Assembly: GCA_020630175.1 (NCBI GenBank)
Contig: JAHDBW010000003.1
Location: 11,982-75,981, forward strand
Direction: 5' to 3'
Source of the DNA: Anaerolineales bacterium
Lineage (GTDB): Bacteria > Chloroflexota > Anaerolineae > Anaerolineales > UBA6668
Length of the DNA: 64,000 nt
Below are positions 1-9,230 of this stretch, piece by piece (within the stretch, counting starts at the first letter, position 1; each line of letters opens with the position of its first letter). A program made the translations under genes and the position numbers. The notes under the pieces are model-generated. The model ran no database searches and was not told the origin of the DNA. It worked only from the letters and a program-made list of their open reading frames with translations.

Positions 1-996
1 GCGCCGCTGCATTTGATTCGGGCCATTCAGGTCAAGCAAACGTTTATTGAAAAAGCTCTCAACTATGGTGATGTAACAATTCAAACGTTTACCGGTGCGA
101 TTGTGTTTCGTGATGTTGCCTCGCCCAATGCCATTATTGACTTTATTCGTGAGCAGCAAGAGCGGGCTATTAGCCAGCGCAAGATTGATGACACCGAAAC
201 GCTACAGCGCCGGGTGCGCCAAGGGATCGGCTGGGATGAGCCCATGCCAGAGGCTGCGGCCACAGCCGCCGCTGGAGAGGCCGAAGAGGATGATGAGTTC
301 TTTGATGAACCGTATTTACCACGGCGCTCATTTTTGAGCATATTGGCCGATTTCTTACCGCGTTTCCGTGAAGAACGGGCGGGTGAAGTGATTATGCGCA
401 AACACTGGCTAGTGCTGGTGTGGGATTTAGGGATTTCAATTGTTGGGTTTCCGACCCTGTTTATTGTGTCTGCGCTACCATTCTTTGGGATTGGGGCTGA
501 GATTATCCGGCTGATTTGTGGCCTAACTGCAATTTTAGGGGCTGCACTGCTTGGTTGGACTTGGTTTCAATATGAAGACTGGCGCAATGATATATATAGT
601 ATTTCCTCTTCCAAAGTGGTTGACTCGGAGCGTTCACCACTCGGGTTGAATTCGCAGCAGCGGGTTGCGCCAATTGATTCGATCTTGAATGTAAAATATT
701 CACGTCCCAACCTGCTTGCCAATCTGTTTAATTACGGTACGATTACCATTCAGACTGGTGGTGACACTGGTGAGCTTACCTTCCTTTGGGTACGCGATCC
801 GGTCAGCATGCAGCAGCTAATTTTCCGTTACATGCAAGAACACCGTGTAAGAGAAGAAAAACAACGCCAATTACAAATGGGCGATGACATCGTAAAGTGG
901 CTCAGGGCCTATACTGATGTCGCAAAAATTGAAAATCCGACACATATCGTAAATCCGTTAGACAATGACAATCCTGAAAATAATCCCACCGGCTAA
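1..996 (+). CDS. bPH_2 (YdbT-like) membrane protein, 5' end cut by window edge
   Basis: Frame 1 is open to base 1. Two bPH_2-like modules (NYGDVTIQTFTGAIVFRDV and NYGTITIQTGGDTGELTFLWVRDP) are separated by an acidic linker and two TM helices. Confidence 0.6.
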   Translation, partial: APLHLIRAIQVKQTFIEKALNYGDVTIQTFTGAIVFRDVASPNAIIDFIREQQERAISQRKIDDTETLQRRVRQGIGWDEPMPEAAATAAAGEAEEDDEFFDEPYLPRRSFLSILADFLPRFREERAGEVIMRKHWLVLVWDLGISIVGFPTLFIVSALPFFGIGAEIIRLICGLTAILGAALLGWTWFQYEDWRNDIYSISSSKVVDSERSPLGLNSQQRVAPIDSILNVKYSRPNLLANLFNYGTITIQTGGDTGELTFLWVRDPVSMQQLIFRYMQEHRVREEKQRQLQMGDDIVKWLRAYTDVAKIENPTHIVNPLDNDNPENNPTG

Positions 997-1507
997 CCCG
1001 GTATTACGGCAAAAAGCGAAAAAAGTAAAAGCGCTAACGCCAAAAATTCAAACCCTAATCGATAACATGTTTGAGACCATGTACGACTCATACGGCGTTG
1101 GTCTGGCTGCACCGCAAGTTGCCCAGCCACTGCGGATGTTTGTCGCTTATCTGGCCGAAGACCCGTTAGTTGAAGATGGGATTGAAGCCGAGCCAGCCCC
1201 CGGTATTGGGCAAGAACTTGTAATGATCAACCCTGAAATTATTCATAACTCAGACGTTATGGCGCTAGGGAATGAAGGGTGTTTGTCTATTCCAGGCTAT
1301 CAAGGCACGGTTGAGCGCCCAGACGGGATCACAATCAAGTATTTGGACCGTAAAGGGAACAAGCAGCGCCTCACCACGCACGGCTGGATGGCGCGCGTTC
1401 TGCAGCACGAGTATGACCATCTCGATGGGGTGCTGTTTATTGATAAAGCCCTTGAAATTTGGGAACTTGGCGCTGAAGACGAAGACGACTTAGAAGACGA
1501 CGCCTAA
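965..1507 (+). CDS. def: peptide deformylase
   Basis: EGCLSIPG and QHEYDHLDG metal-site motifs; 180 aa, typical length. Confidence 0.9.
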   Translation: MTILKIIPPANPVLRQKAKKVKALTPKIQTLIDNMFETMYDSYGVGLAAPQVAQPLRMFVAYLAEDPLVEDGIEAEPAPGIGQELVMINPEIIHNSDVMALGNEGCLSIPGYQGTVERPDGITIKYLDRKGNKQRLTTHGWMARVLQHEYDHLDGVLFIDKALEIWELGAEDEDDLEDDA

Positions 1508-1601
1508 GTGCCTGGCCGCACTACGCTGTAGCCGCATATAACTAACCTCAATTTTGAATAAGAGAGCCAAAGCGGCTTGCTTTTCTCGGTTTATTGCAGA
1601 A

Positions 1602-1618
1602 GAGACCACCTTGGTCTC
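1602..1618. repeat. 7-bp-stem hairpin GAGACCA-CCT-TGGTCTC, member of a dispersed hairpin family
   Basis: Same core ACCACCTTGGT and same flanks (CARA...GGYG) as hairpins at 41641-41657 and 41710-41726, with compensatory outer base pairs. Confidence 0.5.
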
Positions 1619-1743
1619 GGTGAAACCAACAGAAGCAAATTAGGATTATGTTTACGTCGCTAGCCTAGCCTGCGTATAAAAGACGCTTTATAGATCACTT
1701 GGCAGCGCATCGCGTTATTCAGAATTCAGGTTAACTAAGACTC

Positions 1744-1782
1744 AAAAAGCCCTTCTTTGAAATCATCAAAGAAGGGCTTTTA
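1744..1782. terminator. bidirectional intrinsic terminator between convergent genes
   Basis: 13-bp perfect stem AGCCCTTCTTTGA/TCAAAGAAGGGCT with a 5-nt loop, an A-run upstream and a T-run downstream. Confidence 0.7.
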
Positions 1783-1801
1783 TTGTTAATCGAAAGCTAC
1801 G

Positions 1802-4114
1802 TTACTGTGTCGTTAGCCGGGTGGGGTTATCGCCAATTGGCGTACTGACGTAAATTTCAGCGTTGCCATCGCGCTGGGAGACAAATACAACGCCGCTGTT
1901 GTCAAATGCCCAACTTGGCGCGGTGTCATTTGTTGCGTTGTTGGTGATATTTGCCAAGCCTGTGCCGCTAATATTGATGGTGTAAATATCAGCAACGCTA
2001 TTCTTGATGCCAACGAACGCCATTTTTAGCCCATCGGCGCGCCAGCTTAGCGTGTTTTCATCCACATCGGTGGTGGTAGTGATGCGCGTTTCTACTAATG
2101 TGGTGTAGTCCACAATATACACTTCAGTGTTGCCATCGCGGTTTGAAAGGTACGCGATTGTTGGGCTAGATGGCACTGGCGACCAAACCGGATTGAAGTT
2201 ATTGCCGCCCGCAATGTTAGTGACTTGGAATTCACTCACTGCTGGTAAGCCGCTCAAATCCGCAATCCATAGGTCTTGGTTGCCATCGCGGTCGGATACA
2301 AATGCGATCTTATTGCCTTCAGTTGACCATGTTGGCGCGCTGTCTGTGGCAGCATTGGTTGTGATGCGGGCGACATTACTGCCGTCTTTATCCATGATAT
2401 AGATTTCGCTGTTGCCGTCTCGCGTTGAGGTAAATGCGATTTTGTTCCCACCCGGTGCCCACACTGCGTTGGCATCGTCTCCGGGACTGTTGGTAATGTT
2501 TGTCACATTTGTGCCGTCAGCATTCATTGTGTAAAGTTCCAGATTCCCATCTCGGTTACTTTCAAACACAATCAAGTTTGACCCGCTAACCGGGCTCCAA
2601 ATCGGATTGTCATCTAACGCGCCATTGTTGGAAATATTTGCCTGACCGGTGCCATCAGCAGCCATCACGTAAATTTCTTTATTCCCGTCTTTTTCAGCCA
2701 CAAATGCAATACGGTTGCTTTCTGGTGCCCAGTTCGGGGCGGTGTCTGATGTGCCGGATGGGGCGCTGGTTGCCGTTGCTGCTGCGGTTGGTTCTACTGT
2801 TGCCGTCTGTGCAGTGCCGTCTGGCGTAACAGTTCCGGCGACAATGGCCGTTGCTTCGGCAGTCCCTTCGGCCGTTTCTGCTGCTGTTGCCGTAACGGTA
2901 ACAGATGGATCCAGCGTTGGGGCTTCAGTAGCAGCGGGGGTGCCATTTGCAATGTCCGTTTCATTCGGCGTTGGAACGGCAGTCCCTTCAACAACATCTG
3001 TCGCTTCAGTTGTTTCTGAAACGTCAGTTTCTTCTGGTGTAACTGAGGCCTCAAGCGTTGCGGTTGCGGCTTCGGTGGCAGTTGCTTCTAGCGTGGCAGT
3101 GGCTGGTGGCGTTAGTGTGACCACTTCGGCTACATTGTTGGCCCAAGCGAGTAGCTCCACGCCTTCAATATCACGTGGCTCTTTTGGCGCGCCGCCTTGC
3201 TCAGATTCGGTTTGTTGCAGGGCGGACATGGTTACGCCGCCTTCTTCATTTTGGTACAAGCAGTTGTCGCCAAATAAACAGGTCACAATTGCCAATTCGC
3301 TGGCCGAGTTCCACTCAACGCTCATGTACGTTGGGCCGCTTGGAATTGTAGCGACGCCTTCTGGCATCACAATCGTAAAGCGTGATTGGCCGGGCGTGCC
3401 GGGGTAAGGGACAACTGCCCAAAGCTTGCCAAATTCAACTTTGAGCTGCACGACCGGCGCACCATCGATCATTGTCATTTTGTCAATAATCACCTTGGTT
3501 TGCGACCCTAAGCGCACAGTCGAGCCGTCTGAGAGTTCAAGCTTGGCACCGCTGTTTTCATTGGTGAGGATTTCTGTACCGACGACTAAGCCAACTTCAC
3601 GTTCGACCTTGATTTGTGAGCCAAGCGCTTCGGTAAAAATGCTTACATCCCCGCGTACTTCAGACAGTTTGGCAGTGCCAAATTGGTCTGGTGGCGCAGC
3701 ATCCTCTTGGACAGGCAATGGCGTTGCTGTTGGCAATGGAGTAGCTGTCACAATATCCACCACGCTCAAATTAGGGATGGTTACCGTTGGCGCTTGGGTT
3801 GGCGGCACCACAATGGTCGGCTCTCCAATCGCAGCGCTGCGCAATAGGCGTTGGCCGTTAGGGCTTTCTAAAAAGACGTACGTCCCTACTAAACAACTGC
3901 ATAGGATCAGCATTGCGCCGATCATACTTACAATCACGGCCGGTTCTTTAAATAGGTTGCGGCGTTCCTGCGCGGGGGGCGGGGGATCGTATTCGTCGTC
4001 TAGGAATTCATCAAAATCAACATTGTTCTCGTTGATTCCGTCGTAGGCAGCATATTGGGGTTGGGTTACATCCGCGTAGGCGCGAATGTCATCTTCAGAA
4101 TATTCAGGTTCCAA
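1802..4114 (-). CDS. membrane-anchored FecR-domain / seven-bladed PD40 (TolB-like) beta-propeller protein
   Basis: Acidic cytoplasmic N-tail, one TM helix, FecR-like region, a Thr/Ala/Glu-rich linker, then 7 repeats of the W(S/A)P...IAF.S.RDGN.EIY type. Confidence 0.7.
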   Translation of the reverse strand: MEPEYSEDDIRAYADVTQPQYAAYDGINENNVDFDEFLDDEYDPPPPAQERRNLFKEPAVIVSMIGAMLILCSCLVGTYVFLESPNGQRLLRSAAIGEPTIVVPPTQAPTVTIPNLSVVDIVTATPLPTATPLPVQEDAAPPDQFGTAKLSEVRGDVSIFTEALGSQIKVEREVGLVVGTEILTNENSGAKLELSDGSTVRLGSQTKVIIDKMTMIDGAPVVQLKVEFGKLWAVVPYPGTPGQSRFTIVMPEGVATIPSGPTYMSVEWNSASELAIVTCLFGDNCLYQNEEGGVTMSALQQTESEQGGAPKEPRDIEGVELLAWANNVAEVVTLTPPATATLEATATEAATATLEASVTPEETDVSETTEATDVVEGTAVPTPNETDIANGTPAATEAPTLDPSVTVTATAAETAEGTAEATAIVAGTVTPDGTAQTATVEPTAAATATSAPSGTSDTAPNWAPESNRIAFVAEKDGNKEIYVMAADGTGQANISNNGALDDNPIWSPVSGSNLIVFESNRDGNLELYTMNADGTNVTNITNSPGDDANAVWAPGGNKIAFTSTRDGNSEIYIMDKDGSNVARITTNAATDSAPTWSTEGNKIAFVSDRDGNQDLWIADLSGLPAVSEFQVTNIAGGNNFNPVWSPVPSSPTIAYLSNRDGNTEVYIVDYTTLVETRITTTTDVDENTLSWRADGLKMAFVGIKNSVADIYTINISGTGLANITNNATNDTAPSWAFDNSGVVFVSQRDGNAEIYVSTPIGDNPTRLTTQ

Positions 4115-4359
4115 TTTATCACCATGTGTTAGATGGAAGTTGCGCTGGCAGAAGTTAATTGTTGCATCTTATTGCTAACGCATCCGATCTATGGGCAGAG
4201 TCACTAAAGCTAAATGGGCATGCTTTGTGACTGTGTAGAGCGTAAAAGTTGGCCTGCATGGTGCTCTACAGTCAGCATTGGGGCGCAGGCGCTAAAGGAA
4301 AAAGTGGTCCAATGCTGTTTTGCTGGTTGTTATCAAAGTTTGTTTACAGTTTGATAAAT

Positions 4360-4878
4360 TTATAATACCAGTAATCCAATACCCGTTGCTAGTATCATGC
4401 CAAATAGAAATCCAACGACAATATCGCTCACGTAATGCACATTCATTGCAACGCGGGCTAATGCCACGAGCGGCCCCCAAATGATGCCAACAATTGCCAG
4501 CCACGTTGGCCCGGTGAAGATTGCAAGGAGCATCATGAGCCCGGCTCTGGTGGCGTGCCCAGAAGGAAAAGAGTGCGGGTCTGTTTTTCGATAAACCTCG
4601 CCCCAATCCCCTTGTGGGCGCGGGCGTTTGAAGATAGATTTGATCCCAAAGACCAGCAATGCCGTAACCACAATCGCGACGCTAAATACAATTGCGCGGA
4701 ATTTCCAGGTCTCGTCACCAATAAACCAGACGACTGCAAACACAGGCAGCATAAACCAACTGTCGCCGGAATGGGCAAAAAAAGAAGCCGCTGATCGCAA
4801 CGGCCCTGGTGTTTCTGCTACGTTGAATTTGCGACCCCAACGGCGGTCGAAGTTGTCTAAGCGTTCAAAAAATGTCAT
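4360..4878 (-). CDS. PAP2-family phosphatase (membrane)
   Basis: The three PAP2 motifs are present: KSIFKRPRP, PSGH, and RVAMNVHYVSD (RX5HX3D). Multiple TM helices. Confidence 0.7.
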   Translation of the reverse strand: MTFFERLDNFDRRWGRKFNVAETPGPLRSAASFFAHSGDSWFMLPVFAVVWFIGDETWKFRAIVFSVAIVVTALLVFGIKSIFKRPRPQGDWGEVYRKTDPHSFPSGHATRAGLMMLLAIFTGPTWLAIVGIIWGPLVALARVAMNVHYVSDIVVGFLFGMILATGIGLLVL

Positions 4879-4882
4879 TGCG

Positions 4883-5659
4883 TTATAAGTTTTCCAGCGT
4901 CTGGCGAGCGATTTCGTACTGGTAGTGTTTGTCTACATCCATGCCGACTTCAGCGTGTGGGCACAGCACAAACTTTGTGTGGAGTTCCACCCGTTTATGC
5001 AGAATTTCTGCGCCTTTTTCCATTGTCATTTGGCGCGTTAGCAGCAAGATGGCGGGCCATAAGCCCACGAGCTGCGCTTGCCGTAAAACGTTTTTACGCG
5101 CCGCCGTCATCTTTTCAACTGCTGGATGCACTGTCGTTGCCAGCTTGATATCAAAAATGTTGATGTCGCCGCCGCACACTTCTTGACCCTTGAGCTTGGT
5201 AAAGGTGCGTTTAGAATTTGGGAAGCGGGCTTCCATTGTTTGTTTTTCAATCAGCGTATAGAACAGCTCGTGATCGGCCGCTGCGGCTTGGGTAATGCAC
5301 CAATCCAGCATTGCGGTACTGATCATGGGAATGTCGGCGCTAATCCACGCGACTTGTTTGTGGGTTGGGCTAATGTTGCCTGAAGCTTTACCACCAGCTT
5401 TGACGTTTTCAAACAAGCTGCCGTGATCTGCTACAAAATGCAGAGGTTTGCCATGACTGTTGAGGTTGTCGGCTTCAGTCAGCCCCACAACAATGATGTT
5501 ATCAACCTTTTCACTGGCTGCAACGGCGTCTAGGACCCAGTCCACCATGCGCTTGCCAGCGATGGTTAGCAGCGCTTTAGGGGTGCCGACGGTTGCAATT
5601 TCTGCCAGCGACTCATCAGGTTTGATCGCGCCGCCAGCGCCAATAATTGCGTTGATCAT
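4883..5659 (-). CDS. MobA/GlmU-like nucleotidyltransferase
   Basis: Start moved to ATG 5657-5659 (MINAIIGAGG..., glycine-rich NTP loop), 1 nt after the upstream stop. The track ORF extends to 5704. Confidence 0.6.
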   Translation of the reverse strand: MINAIIGAGGAIKPDESLAEIATVGTPKALLTIAGKRMVDWVLDAVAASEKVDNIIVVGLTEADNLNSHGKPLHFVADHGSLFENVKAGGKASGNISPTHKQVAWISADIPMISTAMLDWCITQAAAADHELFYTLIEKQTMEARFPNSKRTFTKLKGQEVCGGDINIFDIKLATTVHPAVEKMTAARKNVLRQAQLVGLWPAILLLTRQMTMEKGAEILHKRVELHTKFVLCPHAEVGMDVDKHYQYEIARQTLENL

Positions 5660-5660
5660 G

Positions 5661-6560
5661 TTAGTTGAGCTTGGTGATTTCTGGCACAAAGCCGAGCTGG
5701 TCAAGCAAATCGTCGAGTTCGGCGTGGGTAAGTTCGCGGCCTTTGCCTGCTAGCGCAACGAGAGCAGCTTCCATCATGTTTGTGCCAAAGGTGCGCCCGT
5801 CTAAGTTGACTGTACTGGTGACCAAATAACTTGCCCCGCGTTGCCGGAGCAGCTCCATGTCGTCTGGGGTGGTGGTGTTTGTGATGATAATTTTGCCGGG
5901 CAGCTCTAGCGGCATGTTGCGCTTGATATAGAGCCAGTCACCGGCAATGATGGCGTTGCCCAGATAGTGCTTTTGATACTTAGGCACGATTTCTTCTTGC
6001 TTATCACCGGTTGGGTAGAGCATGCTGAGCGGCAACCGGCCTGCGATTGGCATCAGCAGTTTGCCGGCCATGTTCACCGCGCCAATGCTGTTGAGCGCAA
6101 TTGGAATGTCTAAGCCGGTCATGAGGTCACCATAGGTGCAGTCATAGCCGCGCTCCACAAAGGACATCGTCATGCCATAGCGCGAAATCCCATTGACAAG
6201 ATACACAGATTTTTCTGGAATATCACTGCCAAGTTGCGCTTCGACATAGCCCAAAACGCGGGCTTCGAGCGTTTCACGTAAGCCGCCACCATCAACAACT
6301 GGCGTTTGTTTGACGTCTGTAATTAGCTTGTGGGCGGCGTGCAGTGGGTAATTCTTCCACGGCGTGTAGATATAAAGATCAATCCCGCCAACGCCAAAGG
6401 CATCAACTTTATCGTCTAGGTCGGCGAAAGTTTTTCGCGCTAAGGCCTCATCGCCGTTCACGCCAATGCGCTCAATCCGGATCTGTTCCCCAAGTAATTC
6501 AACGTCAATGACTTTGTCACGCGTTGGTGACCCAAGGCTTACGCTTACAGCTCGCTTCAT
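5661..6560 (-). CDS. conserved hypothetical protein (299 aa), family not recognised
   Basis: Long ORF tightly packed in an operon, with a 4-nt overlap upstream and a 1-nt gap downstream. No motif I can name. Confidence 0.5.
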   Translation of the reverse strand: MKRAVSVSLGSPTRDKVIDVELLGEQIRIERIGVNGDEALARKTFADLDDKVDAFGVGGIDLYIYTPWKNYPLHAAHKLITDVKQTPVVDGGGLRETLEARVLGYVEAQLGSDIPEKSVYLVNGISRYGMTMSFVERGYDCTYGDLMTGLDIPIALNSIGAVNMAGKLLMPIAGRLPLSMLYPTGDKQEEIVPKYQKHYLGNAIIAGDWLYIKRNMPLELPGKIIITNTTTPDDMELLRQRGASYLVTSTVNLDGRTFGTNMMEAALVALAGKGRELTHAELDDLLDQLGFVPEITKLN

Positions 6561-7357
6561 GATGTTTCCTCTGGAAAGGGCAGTGGGGCTTCCGCTGGGA
6601 CGTCTGGCGGAATAGAAACTGGCAGTTGTTCTGGTTGGTCAAATCCGATCAGGCTATGCAGAATAGAAAGCATCACATACAAATTCGGAAATGAACTTAG
6701 GCGCAGCTTCATCAACGGCATCACCACGCCTTTTTGGCGAATAATCAGTAATCCGTCATGAATGGCAACTGGCGCGAGGGCGTCCCATTGAATTTGATGT
6801 TCGCCTTTTTGTAAGCCAGATTGCCGCAAGGTTAGCGGGCCAAATACTACAGCTTGCCCACTTTCAAATTTGGCTTTGCTGATTTGGTATTGATGATGCG
6901 TTACATGCTTTTGAATTGATGTGCCCAACTGATTGACGCCCGGCAGGCGGTTGTCGATGACGTAAGGTCCATTGGTTTTGGTCTTAATGCGATAGGAATA
7001 GAGCATCTCTTTATCCGTTGGCGCATTGACCATTTGCTGAACTTCTTCAATTTCATCCCATGGGATGGCGTCTTCGCGTTTGCCTTGCCGAATGACCAGC
7101 CCTTCTAAATATTCAAAGACGTGAATATCACGCCAAGACCACCAGTTGAGCAGTGCCCAAACGCCACAAACGCCAGCTAATGGCCCTAGGATCATTGCGG
7201 GACGCATTTGGTTGTAGACAAAACTTCGGTAAGACAAGACGCCTAAGAAACTCAGGCCAATGCCAAGCAAAAAGAAGAAAATGCCAAGCAGTAACCAAAA
7301 TCGAATTCGGGCGCGTGATGTGTGATATTCCGCTAACGGCGTTTGTAAGTCAGTCAT
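6557..7357 (-). CDS. membrane protein with two N-terminal TM helices and a soluble C-terminal region
   Basis: Hydrophobic segments RFWLLLGIFFFLLGIGLSFLGVL and ILGPLAGVCGVWALLNWW. First gene of a four-gene minus-strand operon. Confidence 0.5.
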   Translation of the reverse strand: MTDLQTPLAEYHTSRARIRFWLLLGIFFFLLGIGLSFLGVLSYRSFVYNQMRPAMILGPLAGVCGVWALLNWWSWRDIHVFEYLEGLVIRQGKREDAIPWDEIEEVQQMVNAPTDKEMLYSYRIKTKTNGPYVIDNRLPGVNQLGTSIQKHVTHHQYQISKAKFESGQAVVFGPLTLRQSGLQKGEHQIQWDALAPVAIHDGLLIIRQKGVVMPLMKLRLSSFPNLYVMLSILHSLIGFDQPEQLPVSIPPDVPAEAPLPFPEETS

Positions 7358-7428
7358 TAGTGCTTATTTTAGCAAAGCCATGCTTGATTCCATACTGATA
7401 TTCAGGACGAATTTCGTTGAACTGCGGC

Positions 7429-9228
7429 TTATTCTTCCCACGGTTTGTAATCCAGCGATTGATGCCGGAAATAGGTGTTGTACAGTTCAGCATAGTGGCC
7501 GTCTTGCGCGATCAATTGCGCGTGGCTGCCTTGTTCAATAATTGCGCCGTCTGAAAGCACAATAATCCGGTCTGCGCTGCGGACGGTTGAAAGGCGGTGT
7601 GCAATTAGAATGCTTGTCCGTCCGGCCAGTACGAGATCTAGCGCGTCTTGAATTTGCGTTTCTGTAAACGGATCAATGCTGGCGGTGGCTTCATCTAGAA
7701 TGAAAATGGCTGGGTTTTGCACCAACACACGGGTCAGTGCAACGAGCTGCCGCTGTCCCATTGATAGCCGTCCGCCGCGTTCGCCAACGTCACTATCTAG
7801 GCCGTTTGGTAAGGTTTCTAGCCATTCCCCATTCCCAATCTGGTTGGCAACATTGACGATGTCTGTCCGGTTAATATCGGGCGCACCGTAGCGAATGTTG
7901 TCTGCAACTGTGCCGCTAAACAAGAAAGGCACTTGCGACACAATCCCCAATTGCTGGCGGTAGGCTTCGAGGTCAAAGCTGCGAATGTTGGCATCATCAA
8001 TGCGGATTTCACCGCCTTGGAATTCATAAAAGCGCGAGATCAGCTTGGCAAGTGATGACTTACCCGCACCAGTGTGGCCCACAAGGGCAATGCTTTCACC
8101 GGGTTTGATGTCGAGCGAAAATTGCTCAAGGATACGCTCTTGTTCAGTGTAACGGAAATCTACAGCGTCAAACTCGATATGGCCTTTTAGCGTCGGCGGC
8201 TTGTTATCTGCGATTTGTTTGACGGTTGGTTCAGCATCAATCAAGGCAAAAATCCGTTCAGCGGCAGATAGACCACCTTGCAACTGGCTCCAAAATGCTG
8301 AGAGTTGGATCATTGGGAAGAAGAACCGATCTACCGTGCTGAGGAATAAGAACCAGGCGCCCGCCGTAATGGTGCCTGCGCCAGCGGCCAAGCCACCAAA
8401 CCAGATCAGCGCCCCAAACGTCACCGCAGACATGGTGCTTAGCGCTGGAAAGACGGTTGCGAACAATGCGCCACGCTTTAGGTTGACAACATAAGACGAC
8501 TGATTGATTGCATTGAACTCGGTATAGAGTGAGGCTTCTTGGCGGAAGTTTTTGGCAACGCTAATGCCGGTGACCGCTTCTTGAATAGATGCATTCACAT
8601 TGCCAATTGCGCGGAAGCCGTCGCCGGTCATGCGGCGGGCTGCTCGGCGCCAGCCTAGTGCCATCAAGAAAATGATCGGTGACACAACCAGCAAGACTGT
8701 TGTTAGTGAAAATGAAATGCGTGACAGCACAAACAGCAAGATAAAAATAACGGCGACTTGATTCAAGATATCGCCAATTAGGCGCAGCACGTTGCCAAAT
8801 TCTTGCGTGTCTGAGGTGATACGCGAAATAATGCGCCCTGATGAGAACGAGTCATAGAATGACATGTCCCGCTCTAGGGCGGCCTCAAACGCATCGCTGC
8901 GCATGTTTAGCACAATATTGGCGGCGGCTCTCGCGAACAAAATGGTCTTGATGTAGTTCAAGCACCAGATGCCAATGCCCAGCCCCAAGAAATAGAGCAG
9001 GAAGGTTTCGACTGGTACGGCTTGGTCGGTCTCAATCAGCTCAACGGCCTGACCGGCCAAAATCGGGATTGTTGCTTGGGCGATTGCGATAATGGTGATG
9101 ACAACCGTCACCCCAAGAAAGAGCCATTTCTCACGGCTTAGGTACGTGCCAATCCGTTTGACCAAATCACGATCGGTATATTGGCGGTCGTAAGCTTCTG
9201 CGTTTAGATTTCCAAAGAAACTAGCCAT
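7429..9228 (-). CDS. ABC exporter, fused permease/ATPase (MdlB-like half transporter)
   Basis: N-terminal 6-TM domain, Walker A GHTGAGKSS, signature LSMGQRQ, Walker B ILDEAT. Confidence 0.9.
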   Translation of the reverse strand: MASFFGNLNAEAYDRQYTDRDLVKRIGTYLSREKWLFLGVTVVITIIAIAQATIPILAGQAVELIETDQAVPVETFLLYFLGLGIGIWCLNYIKTILFARAAANIVLNMRSDAFEAALERDMSFYDSFSSGRIISRITSDTQEFGNVLRLIGDILNQVAVIFILLFVLSRISFSLTTVLLVVSPIIFLMALGWRRAARRMTGDGFRAIGNVNASIQEAVTGISVAKNFRQEASLYTEFNAINQSSYVVNLKRGALFATVFPALSTMSAVTFGALIWFGGLAAGAGTITAGAWFLFLSTVDRFFFPMIQLSAFWSQLQGGLSAAERIFALIDAEPTVKQIADNKPPTLKGHIEFDAVDFRYTEQERILEQFSLDIKPGESIALVGHTGAGKSSLAKLISRFYEFQGGEIRIDDANIRSFDLEAYRQQLGIVSQVPFLFSGTVADNIRYGAPDINRTDIVNVANQIGNGEWLETLPNGLDSDVGERGGRLSMGQRQLVALTRVLVQNPAIFILDEATASIDPFTETQIQDALDLVLAGRTSILIAHRLSTVRSADRIIVLSDGAIIEQGSHAQLIAQDGHYAELYNTYFRHQSLDYKPWEE

Positions 9229-9230
9229 GC

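Noticed and set aside
2790-3130. Apparent tandem DNA repeat (GCNGTNGC-type periodicity)
   Set aside because: It is the coding sequence of an imperfect Thr/Ala/Glu low-complexity linker (…ATATLEATATEAATATLEA…), not an independent DNA repeat element.
2715-4046. Long plus-strand ORFs (230 aa and 206 aa) inside the PD40 protein gene
   Set aside because: They are antisense shadow frames of a clearly real gene. The products are Ala/Val/Ser-rich and low-complexity, generated by the Thr/Ala/Glu-rich linker codons. They have no start-site context.
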